Below are positions 56,821 through 64,000 of a stretch of 64,000 nt of DNA, in pieces. Source of the stretch: an uncultured Lachnospiraceae bacterium (GTDB lineage: Bacteria > Bacillota > Clostridia > Oscillospirales > CAG-272); contig CAZBAR010000001.1 in the NCBI GenBank assembly GCA_964490165.1, positions 156,213 to 220,212 on the forward strand. The letters are read 5' to 3'. The first letter of the stretch is position 1. The number at the start of each line of letters is the position of its first letter. Both the position numbers and the translations under genes were made by a program. A model generated the notes under the pieces. The model was not told the DNA's origin, did no database searches, and was given only the letters and a program-made list of their open reading frames with translations.

Positions 56821-57879
56821 ATGAAGTACGCAAAGCAACCGAAAAAACTTCTTATCATAAACATTCTCGATATCCTGCGCAAGTACACGGACGAGGATCA
56901 CCGCCTCAGCCAAAAGGATATCGTTGATATTCTGGAAAAAGAATATAATATGTCAGCTGACAGAAAATCGGTGCGGCGCAATATCCTGAATCTGATCGAT
57001 TTTGGTTATGAGATAGAGTACAGCGAATCGAAGCGAATGATACCGGACGCAAAGACAGGCGAGCTGGAGGAGAGCTATATCCTTTCGGATTTCTACCTTG
57101 TGCGTGATTTTACGGATGGCGAGCTTCGCCTTCTTATTGACAGTATGCTTTTCTCGAAGCACATTCCGTACAGCCAGCGCAAGGAGCTTGTGGAAAAGCT
57201 GGAGGGGCTGTCAAATCAGTATTTCAGGGCAAGAGTAAAGCATATCAGCACTATGCCCGATAATGCGCCGCAAAACAAGCAGCTTTTTTATACGATCGAT
57301 GTCCTGGATGAAGCGATCAGCCATTCAAAGCAGGTTTCATTTACATACAATAGCTTCGGCATTGATAAAAAGCTGCATCCGAGACTTTCTTCAAGCGGAA
57401 AGCCGAGAGAATATATCGTAAATCCGTACCAGATCGCCGCAGCGAACGGTCGGTACTATCTTATATGCAACTATGATAAATACGACGATGTCGGTAACTA
57501 CCGCCTCGACCGCATAAGCGATATCAAGCTGCTTGACTCTCCCGCAAAGCCCATGAAAAAGGTTAAGGGACTTGAAAACGGCTTTGATCTGCCTCGCCAC
57601 ATGGCGGAGCACGTGTATATGTTTTCAGGCGAGAGCGGGACGGTCACATTCCGTATGAAAAAATATTTCATCAATGATGTAGTGGACTGGTTCGGCAAGG
57701 AAGTGGAGTTCTTTGACGAGTCGGAGGACGAGATCAGCGCAAGGGTGTATGTGAACCTTGCCGCTATGAGAAAATGGGCAATGCAATATGCAGTGCATAT
57801 GTGGGTGCTGTCGCCGCAGAGCCTTGCAGATGAGGTGAGAGCGGATATCAAAACGGCGATGGAGAATTACGAGCGATAA
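56821..57879 (+). CDS. WYL-domain transcriptional regulator (wHTH + WYL + C-terminal extension)
   Basis: N-terminus LLIINILDILRKYTDEDHRLSQKDIVDILEKEYNMSADRKSVRRNI. The WYL core is REYIVNPYQIAAANGRYYLICNYDKYDDVGNYRLDRISDIKLL. Confidence 0.85.
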   Translation: MKYAKQPKKLLIINILDILRKYTDEDHRLSQKDIVDILEKEYNMSADRKSVRRNILNLIDFGYEIEYSESKRMIPDAKTGELEESYILSDFYLVRDFTDGELRLLIDSMLFSKHIPYSQRKELVEKLEGLSNQYFRARVKHISTMPDNAPQNKQLFYTIDVLDEAISHSKQVSFTYNSFGIDKKLHPRLSSSGKPREYIVNPYQIAAANGRYYLICNYDKYDDVGNYRLDRISDIKLLDSPAKPMKKVKGLENGFDLPRHMAEHVYMFSGESGTVTFRMKKYFINDVVDWFGKEVEFFDESEDEISARVYVNLAAMRKWAMQYAVHMWVLSPQSLADEVRADIKTAMENYER

Positions 57880-57910
57880 AAAGTTTCAAAAAATTATAGG
57901 AGAGATTAAA

Positions 57911-59206
57911 ATGGACAACGAGAAAGATTTTGTGATCGAAAACGGCGTGTTGAAAAAATATAACGGTACCGACACCTCTGTTCAGATACCCGATGGAGTA
58001 ACAGAAATCGGGGAATGCGCATTTGGGGCATATAAAAATCTTACAAGCATTTACATTCCTGACAGCGTAATAGTAATTGGAGATGGCGCATTTGAGGGAT
58101 GTACCAAACTCACAGGCATCAATATTCCCGAAAGTGTTACGGAAATAGGCTGGTTCGCATTTGAGGGATGTACCGGTCTTACAAGTATCAATATTCCTGA
58201 CAGTGTAGCAGTAATCGAGGGTGGCACATTTGATGGTTGCACCGGTCTCACAAGCATCAATATACCTAATAACGTAACAGAAATCGGTAATTGCGCATTT
58301 TTAGCATGTGAAAATCTCACAAGCATCACCATCTCCGACAGTGTAACAGTAATCGGGTATAGAGCATTTTGGGGATGTAAAAGCTTAGCAGATACTAATG
58401 GTTTTGTAATCGTTCGTGATTGCCTATATCATTATGTCGGTAATTGCGAAACTGTAACGATTCCTGACAGTGTAACTAAAATCGGTAAAAAAGCATTTTG
58501 GAGATGTGAAAATCTCACAAGTATCAGCATCCCCGACAGTGTAACAGTAATCGAAGATGGCGCATTTAAGGAGTGTACAGGTTTAGCAGATACTCAGGGA
58601 TTTGTTATCGTTCGTGATTGCCTATATCATTATGCCGGCAATGACGAAACTGTAACGATTCTCGACAGCGTAACTAAAATCAGTGAAGACGCATTTAGGG
58701 AATGTAAAAATCTCACGAGCATCAATATTCCCGACAGTGTAACACTAATCGGCGATTACGCATTTTATCGATGTACAAGTCTCACAAACGTTAATATTCC
58801 CGACAGTGTAACAGCAATCGGGGAGTATGCATTTTTAGGATGTGAAAATCTCACAAGCATTACCATCCCCAGTAGTGTAACAGTAATCGAGGAAAGAGCA
58901 TTTGGGGAATGTGAAAATCTTATAACCGTCAATATACCCGATAGTGTAACCGAAATCGGCAGAGAAGCATTCATATTTTGTACCGCTCTCACAAACATCA
59001 ATATTCCTGATGGTGTAACTAAAATCGGGGATGATGCATTTTGTGATTGTACCAATCTCACAAGCATCAATATTCCCGACGGCGTTACGAAAATCGGCGA
59101 GCGCGCTTTTGAAGGATGTGAAAGTCTCACGATCCACGCGCCGTCCGGAAGCTATGCAGAACAGTACGCGAAGGAAAATGGTATCAGGTTTGAAGCGGCA
59201 GATTGA
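57911..59206 (+). CDS. BspA-type leucine-rich-repeat (LRR_5) protein with no signal peptide
   Basis: About 15 repeats of roughly 23 aa (IPDSVTxIGxxAFxxCxxLTSIx). The N-terminus MDNEKDFVIENGVLKKYNG has no hydrophobic leader. Confidence 0.85.
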   Translation: MDNEKDFVIENGVLKKYNGTDTSVQIPDGVTEIGECAFGAYKNLTSIYIPDSVIVIGDGAFEGCTKLTGINIPESVTEIGWFAFEGCTGLTSINIPDSVAVIEGGTFDGCTGLTSINIPNNVTEIGNCAFLACENLTSITISDSVTVIGYRAFWGCKSLADTNGFVIVRDCLYHYVGNCETVTIPDSVTKIGKKAFWRCENLTSISIPDSVTVIEDGAFKECTGLADTQGFVIVRDCLYHYAGNDETVTILDSVTKISEDAFRECKNLTSINIPDSVTLIGDYAFYRCTSLTNVNIPDSVTAIGEYAFLGCENLTSITIPSSVTVIEERAFGECENLITVNIPDSVTEIGREAFIFCTALTNINIPDGVTKIGDDAFCDCTNLTSINIPDGVTKIGERAFEGCESLTIHAPSGSYAEQYAKENGIRFEAAD

Positions 59207-59319
59207 TTTGCTGTAAGTGACTTCGAAATTGAGGACAATATCGCCACAAAAACTTGGCAATGAGCCCAAAACGAATTAGCACTAGTAAAAATTATTATTT
59301 ACTGAGAGGAGTATAACTA

Positions 59320-60417
59320 ATGAATGATGTAAACAGTATAAAAAAACTTTTAGAGAAAATTACCGACGTTCACATAAATGATATCAGCGAAAGAAAAAAC
59401 GAATACAATATATTTCATGTTTTGGGAATTGAGCATAGAGAAGTTTTGATTTGCCGATTTCTCGGTAATCTGCTTGATCCTAAAGGTTCTCACGGCATGG
59501 GAATTATTCCGTTAAAAGCTTTTATCGGTGGTGTCATAGGTGAAGAAGTTGCGGATAAGGAGTTGTCCAATGCTGTAATACTGCTCGAAGAGCATATAGA
59601 CGATGACCGGAGAGTAGACATTGTAATACATTTAAGTAATAAAATTTACCCGATCGAAGTCAAAATATGGGCAGGCGATCAAGAGTGCCAGTTACAAGAT
59701 TATTACAAATATTTTTTCGGTAATGACGAGAATCACAAGATATATTATCTTACGCCGTTCGGCAGTTTCACGTCTGAAAAAAGCAGAGGCAAGCTAAAAA
59801 AAGATGAACAAATTGTTTGCTTGTCTTTTAAAGAAAACATTCATGACTGGTTAAATGAGATAAATAAGATAAATAATGAAGCCGGCAGCAGCGAAGTTAA
59901 GTTTGTTATTAAAAACTTTATGGAGGTAATCGAAAATATGTGTGCAAGTAATAAGGAAGAAAACGATATTTTGAGAGCATTATCACTGGATAACGAATAC
60001 CAAGAATCCGATTTGATAAAAAGCGCTATCATTTTGATGAAGCACAGTGATAATATCTGGGCTGTAATCAGAAAGAAGTATCTCTTGTCAAAACTCGATT
60101 GCTGGGGTGATAAGTATGACTGGAAAGAATGTGATGATAATGATAAAAAAATAGATAAGCATGCATTATTCAGAATCATAGAAAAATCGGATGAAAAAAA
60201 GACTCCGATTGCATGGATTTGTGTTGATACAAATTTGTATATAACCGCAGCCGGAAAAGCATCGGATTGGAGTGATTATCCAGGCGGAAATTATAGATGG
60301 AAATACATAATACCTAAGGGATATAAAGGAAATAAATTTGCGTTAAACAAGCCAACTACCTTGCCTGAAAATAAAATATGTATTAAAGATATCTTAGACG
60401 AAATATCAAATGCATAA
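59320..60417 (+). CDS. PD-(D/E)XK nuclease-family protein (PDDEXK_4-like) with an uncharacterised C-terminal half
   Basis: YNIFHVLGIEHREVLICRFLGNLLDPKGSHG..., then RRVDIVIHL...YPIEVKIWA (D...E-x-K). The gene is markedly AT-rich compared with its neighbours. Confidence 0.7.
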   Translation: MNDVNSIKKLLEKITDVHINDISERKNEYNIFHVLGIEHREVLICRFLGNLLDPKGSHGMGIIPLKAFIGGVIGEEVADKELSNAVILLEEHIDDDRRVDIVIHLSNKIYPIEVKIWAGDQECQLQDYYKYFFGNDENHKIYYLTPFGSFTSEKSRGKLKKDEQIVCLSFKENIHDWLNEINKINNEAGSSEVKFVIKNFMEVIENMCASNKEENDILRALSLDNEYQESDLIKSAIILMKHSDNIWAVIRKKYLLSKLDCWGDKYDWKECDDNDKKIDKHALFRIIEKSDEKKTPIAWICVDTNLYITAAGKASDWSDYPGGNYRWKYIIPKGYKGNKFALNKPTTLPENKICIKDILDEISNA

Positions 60418-60475
60418 TTTTGATATCCACCGTTTGACCTCACAAATAAGCCACCATGGAAAAACTATATAATGC

Positions 60476-60709
60476 TTGAAAGAATATGATAAACCGCTGA
60501 TTATAACAATAAAAACAATACAAGGTTTTTCAAAAGAGTTAACAGACTTTCTGCATCGGTATACCGTTCTTCCGTTGCACTCAAACGAATGCAGTATTCT
60601 TTCTTATTTAGAAAAAATGATGAAAAAATATTTACCCGATATCGCCGCAGAGCCTTGCAGATGAGGTGAGAGCGGATATAGAAACGGCGATGGCGAATTA
60701 CGAGCAATG
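60476..60709 (+). pseudogene. Remnant 3' end of a second WYL-regulator gene (frameshifted)
   Basis: Positions 60642-60709 are near-identical to 57811-57879 and encode SPQSLADEVRADIETAMANYEQ* (the intact gene reads ...SPQSLADEVRADIKTAMENYER*). That frame is closed by a TGA at 60621. The adjacent ORF 60476-60664, in another frame (...SILSYLEKMMKKY), weakly parallels ...SARVYVNLAAMRKW of the intact gene. Confidence 0.6.
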
Positions 60710-60719
60710 AAGCAGATCT

Positions 60720-60860
60720 TAAAAATAAGAGGAGCGATTAAAATATAAGCAATGGAGTAAATTTGTAATCGAAAACGTCGTTTTGAAAGAATACCATCTT
60801 TCAGAACTCCAAATTCCGGAAGGAGTAACAAAAATCAGTCGGGGCGCATTTATGGGAAGT
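60720..60860 (+). pseudogene. Remnant 5' end of a second LRR gene
   Basis: This segment aligns by eye with 57890-58030 (RBS region, ...GTAATCGAAAACG.CG.TTTGAAA..., ...GGAGTAACA.AAATC.G.GGG..GCATTT.GGG). The ATG is lost and a stop follows (ATG GAG TAA). Confidence 0.6.
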
Positions 60861-61073
60861 ACCAAACATAACGGGACCGCTCCGGTTACCTGAATTACGG
60901 GTGGCCGGAGCTGCTTTTTTGTTGGCGCCGATTCTTTTTTTGATGTACCAAAAATGTCCCTTGACGGGTGGTATTATATTACCGTAAAGTATTATAAATA
61001 TCGGCATGGATGTGGCAAAAACGGGACACGGACTTTCGTATAATTATGCCGAGGACAGACGGAGGTTTTGAAA

Positions 61074-64000
61074 ATGAAAAATCAGGAGAAAAAGGAACTG
61101 AACGGACAACTTTCACTGGATGAGCTGTTTGAGCGCGTAGGGAACAATTTAGAAAAAATGCCCTCAACCGATATTTCTGCTATAATAAAGCGTTTGCAAG
61201 AGCTGGAGCTGAATGCAAAGAAAGCAGAGAGAGAAGAGCGACTTCGTAAAGAACGTGAGGAGAAGGAGCGGGCGGAGCAGGAAGAAAAGGAGCGCAAAGA
61301 GGCTCATATCCGCGAGGTCACATCTATGGATCTGCCCATGGACTGGAGCAACGTTTTTGATACGTCAGACATCACCCGCGGTGTTCATACAGACAGCATT
61401 TCAGATGCACTTGTCCTTTGTCTGTCAGATCTCGGTCGGGTCGACATTGAATATATTTCCGCAGTTACTGGCGAGAGCTGTAAAAATGTTATCTGCGCCT
61501 TAAAGGGCGCAATATATCAAAATCCTGAAACATGGAACGAATGCTTTTACAAAGGCTGGGAGTCAGCAGAGGAATATCTCTCCGGAAATCTTATACGCAA
61601 ATTTAAGGCAGCCAAGGCGGCAGATGAAAAGTACAGGGGCTATTTTGCCGATAATATTTCTGCAATAGAAAAAGTGCTGCCGAAGTCTGCTGCGGCAGGG
61701 GATATATATATTACCATAGGATCGCCGTGGGTGCCTGCCGATATAATAGATGATTTTATTTTTGATTTGTTCGGAGATCCCCTTGAAGGCTACAGATATC
61801 CCGACGTTACGAGAATCGCTATAATGAACAACTTCAAAACGAAGCACGACGAGCTTACGGGAACGTGGGAGATACCTGAAAAAACAAGATACCGCAGAAC
61901 CAACGTAAAGATCAACCGTACATACGGAACTGAAAAAATGGGAGCGCTGTATATACTTGAAAAAACGCTTAATATGAAAACGGTTTCCGTGACGGAAGAA
62001 GTAAACAGTCCTACGAATGCGTCGGGCGTAAAGCGCGTGATAAATAAGGAGGAAACTTTAGCTGTTCTTGAAAAACAGAAAAAGCTTATAAATAAATTTG
62101 AAAAGTGGGTATGGAGCGACGACAGCCGAAAAGAGCGTCTGGAAGCGATATTTGAAGAAAACTTCGGCTGTGTTCGCCGCAGGATATTTGACGGCTCTTT
62201 TCTGAAATTTCCTACAATGTCTCCCGATGTAAGTCTTTATCCTTATCAGAAGGACGCTGTGGCGAGAATGATCTTTTCACCCAATACGCTTTTGGCGCAT
62301 GATGTAGGCTCAGGCAAGACCTATGCTATGATAGCGGCAGGTCAGGAGCTTCGGCGTATGGGACTGTCGAAAAAGAATATGTACGTTGTGCCCAATAATA
62401 TTGTAGGGCAGTGGAAAAGCATTTTTTATACAATGTACCCCGAAGCAGATATTATATGTGTTGAGCCCCGAAGCTTTACGCCTGCAAAACGGGAATCTGT
62501 GCTTGAAAAAATACGGGACAGCGATTTTGACGCCGTTATTATCGCATACAGCTGCTTTGAGCAGATACCGCTGTCAAAGGCGTATTACAGAAAAGAGCTG
62601 GAAGATAAAAAAAGCCGTGTGGAAGAGCTGCTGGCGCAAAAAAGCAAGGCAACGTCAAGGCTGAAAAAGAAGCAGGAGTCTCTCGCCAAAGCGCTGTCAG
62701 AGCTTGCGGCTGCAATTGACGATATGTATAACGGTGTATATTTTGACGAGCTGGGAATAACCAGACTGTTTGTTGACGAGGCGCACAACTTCAAAAATGT
62801 TCCTATCGAGACAAAGGTAGGCACGGTGTCCGGTATAAGCAGCGGCGGTTCAAAAAAGTGCCGTGATATGATGGACAAGGTTCATATGGTGCAGTCTCAG
62901 AACAGTGGAGGCGGAGTAGTTTTTGCAACAGGCACGCCTATTACAAACTCGGTAACGGATGCATATATAATGCAAAAGTATCTGCAAAGCGGAGAGCTTG
63001 CCATGCTTGATCTTGAAAGCTTTGACAGCTGGATAGGAATGTTTGCCGAAAAGGTGGAGAATTTTGAGATAGATGTTGATACAAGCAACTACAGACTGGT
63101 AACCAGATTTTCAAAGTTTCACAACTTGCCTGAGCTTACCTCGCTTTTATCCTCTATTGCGGATTTTCACCGTGTTGACACCTCCGCAGGAGTTCCAGAT
63201 ACTGACGGATATATTGACTCGCTTATTTCAAAGACCGTCGATTTTGCACGTTATCTCAGTGATATATCGCAAAGAGCCGACGCTGTAAGAAACGGGCAGA
63301 TCAGCCGTACTGACGACAATATGCTTAAAATAACGACCGACGGCAGAAAAGCGGCGCTGGATATGCGGCTTGTAGACCCCGGTGCAGCGTTTACATATCA
63401 GTCAAAGGCGGCAAGATGTGCTGAAAATGTTGCTGATATATATTTCAAAACAATGCAGGACAGAAGCACGCAGCTTATTTTTTGCGATACCTCTACACCC
63501 AAGTCGGGCTTTAATATGTATGACGAGCTGAAAACAAGGCTTGTAGCTGCCGGTGTAGCGGGGGATCAGATCGAATTTATACATGATGCCGGCACTGTGG
63601 CAAAGCGTGAGGCGCTTTTTTCAAGGGTGCGCCGTGGAGAGACCCGTATTCTGATCGGCTCTACCTTTAAGCTGGGCATCGGCGTCAACATACAGAATAA
63701 ATTAACAGCACTGCATCACCTTGACGTGCCGTGGAGGCCTGCCGATATGACCCAAAGGGAGGGGCGCATACTCCGTCAGGGAAATGAAAACTCAAAGGTA
63801 TTTATTTACAGGTATATTACAGAGGGCAGCTTTGACGCATATTCATGGCAGCTTCTGGAGACAAAGCAGCGGTTTATAAGCGAATTGCTGTCAGGCTCGC
63901 TGTCCCGCCGCAGCAGCGAGGATATTGAAAGCACTGTTCTGGATTACGCTGAGGTAAAGGCGCTTGCCGTAGGCAATCCGCTCATAAAGGAGAGGGTAGA
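61074..64000 (+). CDS. Large SNF2/DEAD-like superfamily-2 helicase (N-terminal 975 codons; continues beyond the window)
   Basis: I translated this frame by hand and it is open from the ATG at 61074 (GGAGG SD) to the window end. It is absent from the ORF track because it has no stop. Motifs: I HDVGSGKT, II VDEAHNFKN, III ATGTPITNS, VI QREGRILRQG. A K/E-rich coiled coil lies near the N-terminus. It resembles the helicase part of the giant methylase/helicase proteins of Firmicute ICEs and phages. Confidence 0.85.
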   Translation, partial: MKNQEKKELNGQLSLDELFERVGNNLEKMPSTDISAIIKRLQELELNAKKAEREERLRKEREEKERAEQEEKERKEAHIREVTSMDLPMDWSNVFDTSDITRGVHTDSISDALVLCLSDLGRVDIEYISAVTGESCKNVICALKGAIYQNPETWNECFYKGWESAEEYLSGNLIRKFKAAKAADEKYRGYFADNISAIEKVLPKSAAAGDIYITIGSPWVPADIIDDFIFDLFGDPLEGYRYPDVTRIAIMNNFKTKHDELTGTWEIPEKTRYRRTNVKINRTYGTEKMGALYILEKTLNMKTVSVTEEVNSPTNASGVKRVINKEETLAVLEKQKKLINKFEKWVWSDDSRKERLEAIFEENFGCVRRRIFDGSFLKFPTMSPDVSLYPYQKDAVARMIFSPNTLLAHDVGSGKTYAMIAAGQELRRMGLSKKNMYVVPNNIVGQWKSIFYTMYPEADIICVEPRSFTPAKRESVLEKIRDSDFDAVIIAYSCFEQIPLSKAYYRKELEDKKSRVEELLAQKSKATSRLKKKQESLAKALSELAAAIDDMYNGVYFDELGITRLFVDEAHNFKNVPIETKVGTVSGISSGGSKKCRDMMDKVHMVQSQNSGGGVVFATGTPITNSVTDAYIMQKYLQSGELAMLDLESFDSWIGMFAEKVENFEIDVDTSNYRLVTRFSKFHNLPELTSLLSSIADFHRVDTSAGVPDTDGYIDSLISKTVDFARYLSDISQRADAVRNGQISRTDDNMLKITTDGRKAALDMRLVDPGAAFTYQSKAARCAENVADIYFKTMQDRSTQLIFCDTSTPKSGFNMYDELKTRLVAAGVAGDQIEFIHDAGTVAKREALFSRVRRGETRILIGSTFKLGIGVNIQNKLTALHHLDVPWRPADMTQREGRILRQGNENSKVFIYRYITEGSFDAYSWQLLETKQRFISELLSGSLSRRSSEDIESTVLDYAEVKALAVGNPLIKERV

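Noticed and set aside
57911-59206. Regular repeats of about 69 bp, considered as a possible CRISPR array or non-coding tandem repeat.
   Set aside because: The repeats are in-frame and degenerate at third codon positions. They encode a canonical 23-aa LRR unit within one long ORF, and there is no repeat/spacer alternation.
61082-61297. 71-aa minus-strand ORF (RSFSSCSARSFSSRSLRS…), plus the plus-strand ORFs 61213-61503 and 62458-62664.
   Set aside because: All lie inside the long open helicase frame that begins at 61074. The first is simply the antisense of the K/E-rich coiled-coil codons.
1-64000. Search for tRNA, rRNA, tmRNA and CRISPR arrays in the intergenic regions.
   Set aside because: I saw no cloverleaf-compatible segments, rRNA-like conserved blocks or repeat/spacer arrays. 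The large intergenic regions are accounted for by the FMN riboswitch, two T-box leaders, promoters and terminators, and the MITE-like element.

Overview
This 64-kb window looks like chromosomal DNA from a low-to-mid GC Firmicute. I infer a Clostridia or Oscillospiraceae/Ruminococcus-like organism from the dockerin/cohesin proteins, T-box leaders and the clostridial fab/acc gene order. Most of it is housekeeping: fabZ(3' end)-accC-accD-accA-acyl-CoA synthetase-plsX; comFC/recD2; the str operon rpsL-rpsG-fusA-tuf; an FMN riboswitch with a ribU-like transporter; ileS and metG, each behind a T-box leader; dat-alr; sodA; a MATE exporter; and an M14 peptidase. Secreted or cell-surface proteins are interspersed, including a dockerin-DUF4838 protein, two cohesin-like proteins and several lipoproteins. 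I found no rRNA, tRNA or CRISPR array. Two regions stand out. (1) At 26.2-30.7 kb on the minus strand there is an isolated phage DNA-packaging module: a small poly-Lys protein, large terminase, portal and a Prp-like protease, followed by a very Cys-rich 279-aa protein. It has no capsid, tail, lysis or integrase genes and sits between core genes. (2) From about 55.35 kb to the window end there is an accessory or mobile region. It opens with a roughly 290-bp MITE-like multi-hairpin element. It then encodes a DnaB C-terminal-domain-only ATPase, a WYL-domain regulator, a signal-peptide-less BspA-type leucine-rich-repeat protein, and an AT-rich PD-(D/E)XK nuclease-family gene. These are followed by decayed remnants of a second WYL/LRR unit, seen as a roughly 220-bp direct repeat of the WYL-3'/LRR-5' junction. 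The region ends with the start of a very large SNF2/DEAD-type helicase that runs off the window. My best candidate for an undescribed system is the WYL - cytoplasmic LRR - PD-(D/E)XK block, a regulator/sensor/effector-like architecture. This is inference only. All calls come from reading the ORF translations and the DNA by eye, and no database search was run.
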